NCBI GenBank assembly: GCA_963666315.2
Contig: CAXXHG010000043.1
Span: 448,001-512,000 of the forward strand
DNA: 64,000 nt
Direction of reading: 5' to 3'
Origin: Candidatus Binatia bacterium
Lineage (GTDB): Bacteria > Desulfobacterota > Binatia > Bin18
Shown here: piece by piece, positions 41,617 to 50,738 of the stretch
Layout: every line of letters begins with the position of its first letter
Position numbering within the stretch: position 1 is the stretch's first letter
Notes under the pieces: generated by a model
Database searches by the model: none
Seen by the model: only the letters and a program-made list of their open reading frames with translations
Told to the model about the DNA's origin: nothing
Position numbers and translations under genes: made by a program

Positions 41617-42000
41617 CTATTTCTTTTTTAAGAGGTCCTCGCGGACTTTTTCACGATCGAGCGGAGTCGTGGAAAGGGTATCAAACACACTGGCCAGGGC
41701 TTGGATGCAGCGCACAAAATCCGGCCAGACCGCTTGGGGGCTGCTGAACGTCAATTGCGTGGAATGGGCGCCTTCATGAGTGTGCGTAGACCCGCCTCGT
41801 TTCGTACTCTTTACATCAAACGGTCGTGCCGTGGTGGTGATGTTCAGATGGAAGATATCTGAGTCTTCCTCTCCAACCGGACGACGGAGTTCCATGGACA
41901 AGCCTCCATCGCCTCCGTCTACTTCGACAATATACCACTCGCCTGGGTACGCGCTGGAGACCTTAATCTGCGGAATTTTTTCAGTGGGATCAACTGCCAT
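41617..42000 (-). CDS. Hypothetical protein
   Basis: 127-aa ORF with AGGTAGGA RBS-like sequence; no family recognised. Confidence 0.6.
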   Translation of the reverse strand: MAVDPTEKIPQIKVSSAYPGEWYIVEVDGGDGGLSMELRRPVGEEDSDIFHLNITTTARPFDVKSTKRGGSTHTHEGAHSTQLTFSSPQAVWPDFVRCIQALASVFDTLSTTPLDREKVREDLLKKK

Positions 42001-42011
42001 ACGTCCTACCT

Positions 42012-42250
42012 AAAAATTGGAAAGGCCCTTTTCAGGGCCCTCCGGGGATGAATTTGCTCGCCTTAGGATCAACTACTGTGCCAGAACATACCAGTCCTGT
42101 ACCCTTGCAGTAGTGTTCGCGTCCGAATTTCAGGTCGTTGGACTTGTAACCGAACCGGGACATATGCCCTGCCGCTCTACGCATCCAATAACCTATTTCT
42201 ATAGGATGGGAACCCCTTTCCCGACTATGAACCCCAGGCAAAGCTCTTTC
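42012..42250 (-). ncRNA. Candidate structured RNA / long leader
   Basis: Series of hairpins (42207-42222, 42181-42208, 42121-42143, 42072-42114) ending in GGAGGGCCCU-GAAA-AGGGCCUUUCC plus U tract. Confidence 0.35.
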
Positions 42251-42464
42251 TCATACAGCTTTTTACCAAAACGGCAAAAAATCATCAATAGCCAAATGGT
42301 ATTTGGGAAAAGGTTTTTAGAAAAAAAATCCTTTTGGATCAGGGAGTTCTCGGGTTTAAAATAGTGTTGCCAAAAGTGTGGGCCCGGAAATAACAGATTG
42401 TTCTAAATTTTTGCAAACACTGTCTCAAGTTACAAAAATATCGCTTTTTGTGAGGCCTCAGGTA

Positions 42465-42493
42465 TTGACCCTGGAAAGGGAGTTCGCTACCCT
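42465..42493 (+). promoter_or_regulatory. Putative sigma-70 promoter TTGACC-17-TACCCT
   Basis: Consensus-like boxes with 17-nt spacer, 50 nt upstream of a strong terminator. Confidence 0.5.
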
Positions 42494-42496
42494 GCT

Positions 42497-42577
42497 GGGT
42501 GCGTAGAGACTTCCGGAGTGTGGGAACCCCGTCGTCTTGAGCCCTAGGCCCGGATGGTTACATTCGGGCCTTTTTTT
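42497..42577 (+). ncRNA. Candidate small RNA or attenuator leader (~80 nt)
   Basis: Lies between a promoter-like sequence and an intrinsic terminator; no ORF. Confidence 0.45.
42546..42577 (+). terminator. Intrinsic terminator upstream of the beta-helix gene
   Basis: AGGCCCGGATG-GTTA-CATTCGGGCCT followed by a T run. Confidence 0.8.
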
Positions 42578-42644
42578 ACCTTTTCCCCATTTTTTTCTCT
42601 ATTTTGTCTCTTTTTTATTGTTTCTATACTATTGGAGGATTAAT

Positions 42645-43919
42645 ATGCAAACGTTTTTTGTGGCACCCGGCGACTCGCGTGCAGACGCCCCCTCGCTGAC
42701 AACTGCCCTGCGGCGGGCACAGCCTGACGATGTCGTCCTGGTCGGACCAGGACGCTATGCCCCGTCTCTCACCGGGGAAAGCGTGCCGATCCGAATTCCT
42801 CCAAACGTCCACCTTGAGGGAGCGGGAAAAGAGGGGTGCGTCATCGACGGGGAGGGACAGTGTATGCCATCCTTTCATCCTATTCGTCCCGATCAGTCTG
42901 TTGTCGTGATCGAGGACGGTGCGAGCCTCAGCGGCGTGACAGTGACCAACGGCGGCGGGCATGGTATCGGCGTTCCTCCTGCTGCCTGCGTGACTATTAC
43001 AGGCTGTGATATCTGCCGGCATGCTGACCATGGTATTTTCTTATGCGGAGTCACCGAAGCGCTGGTGACAGGGTGTGTCTTTTCAGACAACGGACGTGCC
43101 CGGTTTGAACCCGCATTGCCCAGAGGAATAGGTGCGCGCCAGGGGCACCACATTTTTGCTGAGGCCCAGTCTGGACAACAGAACAGCCTGCGCATTACTG
43201 ACAACGTCATGCAGCGGTGTTTTGCTGATGGCCTGGCCTTCATCTGTTTCTTTCCGCAGGACGACGGCGTGTCTTTTGAGGCGGTTGTCCTGCGCAATAC
43301 GATTGAAGACTGTGAACGCGGGGGACTGCTGTTCTCGTGTTCTTTTGGCCCAGCGTCGAATCGTTTGTCCCTCACCATTGCGGACAATCAGTTGCGGGGG
43401 AACAAACAGTTTGGAATCAATATTCTCACCGCCATTCCTCTGGCTGAGAAAATTCCTCAACATAGCCGGCTCACAGGTGTCATATCGAGAAATACGATTT
43501 CTCACAGCCCAATAGGCGTGGCCGTCCAAGGGGCACTCGGAGAAACGCATCATAATGAATGTCGTGTGGTGATTGATCGCAACCAGATGAGCGACTGGCA
43601 AACAAATGCAATTCGTTTGGTCGGTGCGTCTGGTCTGGACGATGTCGAGACCAGAAAGAACACGTTATCGGCAGTGGTGTCCCGGAATAGTTTGAGAGGA
43701 AAATCTCCCGCCGTTGTTGTCCAGGGAGCGGGGGGGACGGCGAAGAGCAAACCGAGCCAGAATAGCGTAAACGTGCGATTCCTGGCCAATGATATCGAAG
43801 GTGCGGGCGACCAGCCGATCCAACCCATCTTGGTAAGCAATGGTCCTGCGGATAACCGTGCTGAAGTCGAGGACAAAAGTGATCCGTATACGCGAACGGA
43901 TGACGACCTACTGAGCTGA
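42645..43919 (+). CDS. Right-handed parallel beta-helix protein (DUF1565/pectin-lyase-like)
   Basis: SLT.AL..AQP.D.V.V.PG.Y....GE..PI, repeated N.I/N.L turns; RBS GGAGG. Confidence 0.8.
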   Translation: MQTFFVAPGDSRADAPSLTTALRRAQPDDVVLVGPGRYAPSLTGESVPIRIPPNVHLEGAGKEGCVIDGEGQCMPSFHPIRPDQSVVVIEDGASLSGVTVTNGGGHGIGVPPAACVTITGCDICRHADHGIFLCGVTEALVTGCVFSDNGRARFEPALPRGIGARQGHHIFAEAQSGQQNSLRITDNVMQRCFADGLAFICFFPQDDGVSFEAVVLRNTIEDCERGGLLFSCSFGPASNRLSLTIADNQLRGNKQFGINILTAIPLAEKIPQHSRLTGVISRNTISHSPIGVAVQGALGETHHNECRVVIDRNQMSDWQTNAIRLVGASGLDDVETRKNTLSAVVSRNSLRGKSPAVVVQGAGGTAKSKPSQNSVNVRFLANDIEGAGDQPIQPILVSNGPADNRAEVEDKSDPYTRTDDDLLS

Positions 43920-44031
43920 CTTCCAAACTTCACCGCACGTTATTTTGCTCAGAGAATCTTTCTTTGAGATCAAGTGGGTATAGCTGTAATAGATTTATCC
44001 GATTTGCATATCAGGATATCTTTTGTTTGTG

Positions 44032-44056
44032 GGAACTTTCTTCTGCGTAAAACGTT
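44032..44056 (+). promoter_or_regulatory. Possible ECF sigma promoter GGAAC-N16-CGTT
   Basis: Matches common ECF consensus, about 40 nt before the small ORF. Confidence 0.45.
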
Positions 44057-44094
44057 CCTCCAAGCAGAACAGGGAAGACAACAGGAAAGGAGTT

Positions 44095-44331
44095 ATGCTG
44101 ATCCTGAACAAAGCCGCGAAACCTCACAAGATCAAGACAGTCTGCGGGAACCTGATCGCGGTCGGTGCCCTGTGTGTATCCCCGGCCTTTGCCCGGGATC
44201 GAGATAACAAGCCGCCGGGGCCGATTGGCGGACCGGGGATGAGTTTGGACGCACGCCCAGGCAAGAAAGCCTGGTATTACAACCCGCCGGGCCCTATCGG
44301 TGGCCCAGGTGCCGGACCATACTCGCGCTAG
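44095..44331 (+). CDS. Small exported Pro/Gly-rich protein with two PPGPIGGPG repeats
   Basis: RBS AAGGAG, hydrophobic stretch ending PAFA, own terminator. Confidence 0.7.
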   Translation: MLILNKAAKPHKIKTVCGNLIAVGALCVSPAFARDRDNKPPGPIGGPGMSLDARPGKKAWYYNPPGPIGGPGAGPYSR

Positions 44332-44374
44332 ACTCGCCTTCCTTTCTCACTCCTCCCGTGCTAGGGCACACAGA

Positions 44375-44410
44375 AGCGGGCTGTTCAGACGATCAGCCCG
44401 CTCTTCTTTT
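44375..44410 (+). terminator. Intrinsic terminator
   Basis: AGCGGGCTG...CAGCCCGCT followed by CTTCTTTT. Confidence 0.7.
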
Positions 44411-44452
44411 CTCTTCCTGCGCAACCAGAGATACCGCTTACGGCTGGACAGT

Positions 44453-45313
44453 CTACGACTGGCCTAACGATTCAGGCAAGCGTCCCGTATCTGCGAGGAC
44501 GCGGAGAATCACAGACTCGTGATATTGAAAGGGAATGGCGGGTGGATCAAGCACACTGACTGGCGCTACGGGAAAGGGCAGGCGCTGGATAGCGGTATTA
44601 TACACCTCTGCCAGTAGGGCGGGCAGATGCACGACGTCTTCAAGGTTATAGCGCAGCAACGTTTCCAGTGCGCCGTCTTCGCCACGTTGATGGTATTGCC
44701 ACAGCACGACAGCACACCATCCATCTAGGTGGGTAACCAATCCCTCCCGCTCAAGACCCAAGAGTCTCTCAATCTTTTTCAGCCCGCCCTTATAACCTAG
44801 TGCAGCCAGGGGGTAGCGCAGATCAATGTGCGCGTGGTCGAGCGGAATACCCAGCTTGTTGCGAAGAAACGGCAGGTCAAACTGTTTACCATTATACGTC
44901 ACAAGCAGAGTAAACTCTTCGATGTCAGTGACAAACCGCTCGAGATCCTGGTCTTGAACATAGACCTGAGGCCGCTCGCCATCGTAAATGCCAATAACCG
45001 TAATGCTGGACTCTTCAAAACCCAGCCCGGTGGTTTCGATATCAAGATAGGCGACCCGCTCGGAAAACTCCGAATAGAGTCGCCAGTGGAGCTGGGGTGG
45101 CAGTTTAGTCGTGAAATACTGAGCGTCGCGTTGTTCCAGGGCTGCCAACGAACGCTCCAGCTCAAAGCGCGCTTCGTCTTGCAACCACCGAGGAAGAGCG
45201 CTGGGGCGGGGGTCATTCAAGAATTGCTCCCAACCCGTGACCCCGGCTTTCCACAAGCGTTTCTCGGTTTTTTCGCCAATGCCTTGAATGTGACGGAAGG
45301 TATGCTTCAGCAT
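44453..45313 (-). CDS. YprB-like RNase H-fold exonuclease
   Basis: TF.HI.GIG..TE..LW, YLDIETTG, TYNG..FD.PFL, GGLK..E, YN.ED. Confidence 0.9.
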   Translation of the reverse strand: MLKHTFRHIQGIGEKTEKRLWKAGVTGWEQFLNDPRPSALPRWLQDEARFELERSLAALEQRDAQYFTTKLPPQLHWRLYSEFSERVAYLDIETTGLGFEESSITVIGIYDGERPQVYVQDQDLERFVTDIEEFTLLVTYNGKQFDLPFLRNKLGIPLDHAHIDLRYPLAALGYKGGLKKIERLLGLEREGLVTHLDGWCAVVLWQYHQRGEDGALETLLRYNLEDVVHLPALLAEVYNTAIQRLPFPVAPVSVLDPPAIPFQYHESVILRVLADTGRLPESLGQS

Positions 45314-45465
45314 AACCCGGACTATGAGAGGACGCTCTGATCCCGAAGATTGCAGTAGTTGCAGGTGGGCTAGGTGCGCCAGGTGCGCTAGATACGCTTG
45401 TGCAGGTCTCCAGCCAAGAACCGGCACTCCTTCGACCAGCTCGCCTTAAGCTCGATTTGCCCTTT

Positions 45466-47151
45466 TTACTGCTCGTAACTCCGCAATACCCGCCCAGGAC
45501 GCGCTCCGGTCGGTTCTCCGTCGCGCAGTAGAATTTGACCGTTCACGACTGTATAGCGATAGCCCTCAGACCGAGCGATCAGGCGTGAGGCACCGCCGGG
45601 AAAGTCCTTAACAAATTCCTTGGGTTTGGCCTGGACCTTGTCAGGATCAAAGATAGTCAGATCCGCTGCCATTCCCTGTTTGAGTAGACCCCGATTCGGA
45701 ATGCCGAGCAATTGAGCGGGCGTAAAAGTCAGCCGGCTCACAGCTTGTTCCAAGCTGAGTACCTTTTTCTCCCGTACCCAGTGGCTGAGGAGAAAGCTCG
45801 GGTAGGTGACTTGACACAGAAACGAAATATGAGCGCCACCGTCGGAACCACCCGTCAACACATAGGGATTGGTCGCAAGGTTACGCACGGCTTCCTCGTC
45901 TCCATTCAGAAAGCCTTTGATGAGAAACTGGGTATCCAGGTTTTCTGAAACAGCCAGATCGAGCATGGCTTCAAGCGGCGTTTTGCCTTGTTCTCGCCCG
46001 ATGCTGACGAGATCTTTGCCCACAAGACCGGTATGTTCGTCTTGGCGAACGCTGTCCACAAACACATCCTGCATACGCTTGGAAAAGATCTTTGGAGCGG
46101 GATCGTCTAAGTCGCGCTGCATGGCAGCTCTGATGTCTGGATGAGAAAGATTGGCTATCTTCTGTGCGCGCGGGCCTTGAATCGCTTCTTTCCAGGCAGG
46201 AAAGTCTTCAAATACTGCCCCCCGCAGAGAGAAGGTGAGATCAAAACGTTCACACAGGGACAGCGGATGAACACGTGCGCCTTCGCGAAAGGCGTCTTCA
46301 GTCCAGTTTAATACATCACGCCAATTGTCCGGTGCAGCCCAGGTTTGTGACAGCAGATTCCACAACACCGGCCGTCCGCTCTCGCGTGACAGCCGCGCCA
46401 AATAATCCATGTCTTTTGGGCCTATGGTCGGAATCCCAGGCGGAATGACGCAGACCGTGCCGCGGTGGAAGTCCTTGAGGGTGCTGGCCAAGGCAACGGT
46501 CTCGTCTTCTTCGGCAAAGCGGCTGGGAACCGGCACTCCATCACCATCAAAATGGACAGGGCCATACGACGAGGAGAAGCCGAAGGCGCCCGCTTTCACA
46601 CAATCTCTCACAACGGCTTGCATGGCCGTAATCTCGTCTTGCGTGGCCGGTCGCTTGCGCGCATCGCCTCCCATCACGTTGTAGCGTATGGTCGAATGCG
46701 GGGCCAACGCCATGACATTCACCCCAAGCTGACGGTCGAGAGCGTCGAGATATTCGCTATACGACTCCCACGTCCACTCCATCCCGGCCTTGAGGCTTGC
46801 GAGCGGCATGCCTTCGACTTTGACCAGCATGCGAGTGATGTATTCTCGGTCTTCCGGTTTGCACGGGGCTAAACCAAAGCCGCAGTTGGTCATGAAGACA
46901 CTGGTGAATCCATGCCAGCAGCTCGGTGTTGCCAGAGGGTCCCAGAAGAGCTGGGCATCGTAGTGGGTATGAACGTCAATAAAGCCGGGAGAGACGACGA
47001 GTCCGTGTGCGTCGATAACTTCCGTAGCAGGGCCGTCAACCTTGCCCATGGCGGCAATGTTCCCATCCGCAACAGCCAGGTCTCCAAAATAGCCAGGCTG
47101 GCCTGAGCCATCGACCAGAAATCCGTTTTTAATCAATAGGTCGTAGTGCAT
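45466..47151 (-). CDS. N-acyl-D-amino-acid deacylase family amidohydrolase
   Basis: PGFIDVHTHYD.Q..WD, NCGF, SDGGAH, RG....G..AD. Confidence 0.93.
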   Translation of the reverse strand: MHYDLLIKNGFLVDGSGQPGYFGDLAVADGNIAAMGKVDGPATEVIDAHGLVVSPGFIDVHTHYDAQLFWDPLATPSCWHGFTSVFMTNCGFGLAPCKPEDREYITRMLVKVEGMPLASLKAGMEWTWESYSEYLDALDRQLGVNVMALAPHSTIRYNVMGGDARKRPATQDEITAMQAVVRDCVKAGAFGFSSSYGPVHFDGDGVPVPSRFAEEDETVALASTLKDFHRGTVCVIPPGIPTIGPKDMDYLARLSRESGRPVLWNLLSQTWAAPDNWRDVLNWTEDAFREGARVHPLSLCERFDLTFSLRGAVFEDFPAWKEAIQGPRAQKIANLSHPDIRAAMQRDLDDPAPKIFSKRMQDVFVDSVRQDEHTGLVGKDLVSIGREQGKTPLEAMLDLAVSENLDTQFLIKGFLNGDEEAVRNLATNPYVLTGGSDGGAHISFLCQVTYPSFLLSHWVREKKVLSLEQAVSRLTFTPAQLLGIPNRGLLKQGMAADLTIFDPDKVQAKPKEFVKDFPGGASRLIARSEGYRYTVVNGQILLRDGEPTGARPGRVLRSYEQ

Positions 47152-47368
47152 AGCATCTCCCTCCGTTCCGTCTGTAGCCGATACGCGAGTGTAATCCGAA
47201 CTGTATCGACTTTCTTGAATTTCGACAAGGATTCGCCGGCATTGCCCAGAAGGGCCAGGGAGCCAGAGAGAAGGCCAGCAGCAGTATGTATTTTTCCTTT
47301 ACCCGGAAAACTGCTATACAGGATGTGTTGCTGAAGAGGCTAAGATTGAGTCTTGGCCTTGGAAGGAG

Positions 47369-48391
47369 ATGCTGATGTGGGGAGTGGTGGGGTGGATAGG
47401 TGGTGTGGTGGTGTGTCTCCTGTTACCTGCCTGCTCATCGAGTAAACCGCTAATACCAACCAAAAATTTTGTGGCGTGGAGCCGAAAAGCCCCGCAGCAG
47501 AAGAAGCAGATCTGTGTCCTGCCCTTTGAAAATACAAGCCATATTGATGGTTTGGCAGAAAAGGTGCGGCGAGGGGTAGCCGGACATATAAGCGTCAAGC
47601 GCTTTGCCGATGCCGAGCTATATGAAATCGACGCGGCGCTCGCAGGACTCGAAGGATTAGAAGACTGGCGTCCGCTTTCTCCTCAGGCTCTTGGCCACGA
47701 GCTCCACTGTGATGCCCTGGTGTATGGTCGTGTCTCTCGACTCGAACGCCTCTACGTTGGTGTGTACTCCCAGCTCGCGTTGGAAGGTACGATCCAAATC
47801 GTGGATGCTGCTTCTGGCCGAACCCTGGTGCATGATACATATACGACGCGTTTTCACGATGCAGGCATCCCGTTATCTCCGCTCGGGTTTGCTACGAGCG
47901 CAGTCCAAAATTTACGTGCTTTTACCGACTCCCAGTTTATACGGGCCATAGATGATTTGAGTCGCCATCTTGCCTCTCGGGTACCGGACCTGCCCGAAAA
48001 TGTCTCGACCATTGCTGCAGCCCCCAAAAAACAGTATCCCGATCTGACTAAGCCAGTACGGATCGCTGCGAAACCGTGGGCACCATCGCAGTCAAGGTCG
48101 AAATCAAAACAGCCTGTTACACCATCGCCGACATCTCCCTCCCAAGATTCCTACCGCGTTCAAGTCGCCGCCTTTAGCTCGCATAACGAAGCCCAACGTG
48201 CCGTAAAACTCCTGCGCGACGAAGGATATACGTCTGCTATTGCCGAGGTAACGGGTACCCAGCAGGCGTGGCACCGAGTCATCATCGGCCCGTTCCTCTC
48301 GGTCCAACGAGCACGTGAGATAGGCGCACAGATCAAAGAGCAACTTCCCTTTGAGCCTATTGTGACTCAGGGGCCTCTCCCCGCACCATAG
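47369..48391 (+). CDS. Lipoprotein with GNA1162/DUF799-like domain and C-terminal SPOR domain
   Basis: Lipobox-like LPAC, I.VLPFEN, DA.V.G.V; YRVQVAAF...A...L...GY...WHRV.IGPF. Confidence 0.8.
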   Translation: MLMWGVVGWIGGVVVCLLLPACSSSKPLIPTKNFVAWSRKAPQQKKQICVLPFENTSHIDGLAEKVRRGVAGHISVKRFADAELYEIDAALAGLEGLEDWRPLSPQALGHELHCDALVYGRVSRLERLYVGVYSQLALEGTIQIVDAASGRTLVHDTYTTRFHDAGIPLSPLGFATSAVQNLRAFTDSQFIRAIDDLSRHLASRVPDLPENVSTIAAAPKKQYPDLTKPVRIAAKPWAPSQSRSKSKQPVTPSPTSPSQDSYRVQVAAFSSHNEAQRAVKLLRDEGYTSAIAEVTGTQQAWHRVIIGPFLSVQRAREIGAQIKEQLPFEPIVTQGPLPAP

Positions 48392-48476
48392 TAAGCTGCG
48401 GCTCCTGCTTGTAATCTCGTCACAGGTGTTTTACCCCTGGGAGCACTCTATTGTGTGCTATCAAAGGAGAAGATCT

Positions 48477-49265
48477 ATGGCCGGAAAACTCAACGGACAG
48501 GTGGCAATCGTGACAGCTGGTGGCTCCGGAATCGGTGCGGCGACAGCAGTACGTTTCGCTCAAGAAGGCGTGGCCGTGATCGTCGCAGATCTGAGCGGAA
48601 AACGGGCCGAGGCGGTCACCGCCCAGATCAATGCCGCAGGTGGAAAAGCAACCTGCATTAAAATGGATGTATCTGATCCCGAGGGGATTCAGGCTACGAT
48701 ACAGCTCGCGCTCGATACGTATGGCCGGCTCGACATTATGTTCAATAATGCCGGGCTAGGCGAACTGGCTTTGCTTGAGGAGACCGCATTGGAAAGCTGG
48801 AATAGGACCATCGCAGTGACCCTGACTGGTACGTTTCTCGGTATGAAGTATTGTCTGCCGATCATGCGCGCGCAAGGCAAGGGTGCGATTGTGAACACGG
48901 CTTCCATCTCGGGTATGGGAGGAGATTACGGCATGTCAGCCTATAACGCGGCCAAGGCTGGAGTCATCAACCTGACCCGCTCAGCCGCGCTTGAGAACGC
49001 AAAATATAATATTCGTATCAACTGCGTCTGTCCTGGAGCGATAAACACTCGCGTGGCCCAGCTCTTGGGTGGTGATAACGCTGCTGCATTTCGGCAAGTC
49101 CAAGCCAACGCACATCCACTCGGGCGTATGGGCGAACCCGAAGAGATTGCCAATACTGTCCTCTTCCTGGCTTCTGACGAGGCGTCTTTTATTACGGGTG
49201 AAGAGATTGCCGTTGACGGCGGCGTCACCGCCCATACCGGCCTGCCAAATATGCTCCGGATCTGA
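48477..49265 (+). CDS. Short-chain dehydrogenase/reductase
   Basis: TAGGSGIG, NNAG, YNAAK, N.VCPG, D.ASFITG. Confidence 0.95.
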   Translation: MAGKLNGQVAIVTAGGSGIGAATAVRFAQEGVAVIVADLSGKRAEAVTAQINAAGGKATCIKMDVSDPEGIQATIQLALDTYGRLDIMFNNAGLGELALLEETALESWNRTIAVTLTGTFLGMKYCLPIMRAQGKGAIVNTASISGMGGDYGMSAYNAAKAGVINLTRSAALENAKYNIRINCVCPGAINTRVAQLLGGDNAAAFRQVQANAHPLGRMGEPEEIANTVLFLASDEASFITGEEIAVDGGVTAHTGLPNMLRI

Positions 49266-49282
49266 GGGCGTGAGGATTTGAT

Positions 49283-50029
49283 GTGGACTGGGTATCGCTG
49301 AGAGCCGCAAAAGAGGCAGAAATTCAACAGCTAGAATCGACCCGGCTGAGCGAGGTCACGCCGAGCATTCGTGATTTTACCCACTTTGTCACAACCCATA
49401 AACAAGAACTCGCGCTCATTGCTGCGCTCAAACGAACCGATCCGGATACGGGTAAATGCTGGCTGGATCGTGACTTGATTGCCCTCGCTCAAGAATGTGA
49501 CGATGCAGAGGTAGGCGCGGTTGGCGTCTATACCGAGCCGAGTGTGTTCGGAACATCTCTTGACGATTTACGAGCCATCTCCGATGTCGTCAGTGCGCCT
49601 ATTCTCCAGCTCGATTTTGTTTTTCATGAGAGCCAGATTCACCACGCTCGGCTGTGTGGCGCGGATGCCGTGCTGTTGTGGGCTGGTGGTGTGGATGAAA
49701 AGACCCTGGAGAGCTTGGTGATCACCGCACGTTCCATTCATGTTGTGCCCGTTGTCATAGCACAGACGGCTGAAGAGCTGAGTCGGGCTCTCGCGGCTGA
49801 GGTCTTCATTGTTGGCATTGCTTCTCCAACCGGGAAATTTGACTCGGAGCACGTCTTATCTCTTGCTGCCCAAGTCCCTCCAAGGAAGACCCTCATCTCT
49901 TTAGACGAAATCGCTACAGCGGAGGAAGCGGCTACTCTCTTTGGCAAGGTCGATGCAGCACTCGTCAGCAATTGTGTGCTTGATACGACTGACGTGGAGG
50001 GCACGCTAGCCGCAATGAACGGAGAATAG
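49283..50029 (+). CDS. Indole-3-glycerol phosphate synthase (TrpC)-like protein lacking most catalytic residues
   Basis: V.TE...FG.SL.DL, PIL..DF....QI..AR..GADAVLL retained; EVK, RKD, VE, NNR, ESG motifs degenerate. Confidence 0.8.
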   Translation: MDWVSLRAAKEAEIQQLESTRLSEVTPSIRDFTHFVTTHKQELALIAALKRTDPDTGKCWLDRDLIALAQECDDAEVGAVGVYTEPSVFGTSLDDLRAISDVVSAPILQLDFVFHESQIHHARLCGADAVLLWAGGVDEKTLESLVITARSIHVVPVVIAQTAEELSRALAAEVFIVGIASPTGKFDSEHVLSLAAQVPPRKTLISLDEIATAEEAATLFGKVDAALVSNCVLDTTDVEGTLAAMNGE

Positions 50030-50031
50030 CC

Positions 50032-50418
50032 TTATTCTTTTGCCCGTTTTTCCAGCGCTTCAAGCCAGATGGTCAAAAGTGGTTCATATTGATTCAGATT
50101 GCCGTAGATCTCGTCTGCAAGCATTTCGTTGTAGGTATGAACGGTCAGATTTCGATCATCGACCATCTCAATGCAAAGCCAGGCCTGCTCATCGGTGAGC
50201 AGCGCCACTTCTCGACAAGCACGAATGCAGCTCTTCGGAGACCCCAGGCGAAGTCCTTCGATTACGGAGAGGTAACGCTGTGCTGCTTTCCAGACAGCTT
50301 CACATGTATATTCGAAGCGTTGGATCGCAGCGTCTCGCTCAATCTGCGACAGGTGCTCTAAGTCTTAAAGCTCTCTCAGACTTTCCAAGGCACGCTGAGC
50401 GATACTCGGCCGTTCCAT
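50032..50418 (-). pseudogene. HI0074-family HEPN ribonuclease toxin with nonsense codon
   Basis: Not in ORF track; MERPSIAQRALESLREL*DLEH...RDAAIQRFEYT.E..WK...SPK...DRNLTVHTY; TAA at 50365-50367. Confidence 0.88.
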
Positions 50419-50738
50419 CGTACACCCTCTCGAATGACACGTTGGCGAAAAGCTGGATCAGTCCGGCGCAGATCAACAACCTCGACCCGATAGGGAATAG
50501 TGCTTTCCTCAAAGCGTTCCCTGAGTTGAGAGAGGAAGCCTCGCGGAAGAGGGTGGGACGAATCTACGGCAATATCAATGTCCGAGTACGATGCGGCCTC
50601 TCCTCGAGCCCATGAGCCAAACAGGTACACCGTAACATCGAGCGTTCCTGTCACTTCTTGCACGATAGACCGCGCTTGCGCAATCGACTTGACTGCGACT
50701 GGCGTAGATTGGATATTTCGAGAACGCGTTTCTTGCAC
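50376..50738 (-). CDS. Minimal nucleotidyltransferase (MNT/MntA-like antitoxin)
   Basis: YLFGSWARG....SDIDIAV, VEVVDL; overlaps HEPN gene start. Confidence 0.9.
   Translation of the reverse strand: MQETRSRNIQSTPVAVKSIAQARSIVQEVTGTLDVTVYLFGSWARGEAASYSDIDIAVDSSHPLPRGFLSQLRERFEESTIPYRVEVVDLRRTDPAFRQRVIREGVRWNGRVSLSVPWKV

Noticed and set aside
42012-42250. 6S RNA, tRNA or a known riboswitch
   Set aside because: Folds by eye into several local hairpins rather than one long rod or cloverleaf and no known consensus was recognised; kept as an unassigned candidate pending an Rfam scan.
44095-44331. RiPP precursor
   Set aside because: No adjacent modification enzyme, protease or transporter; a Sec-type signal peptide is the simpler reading.
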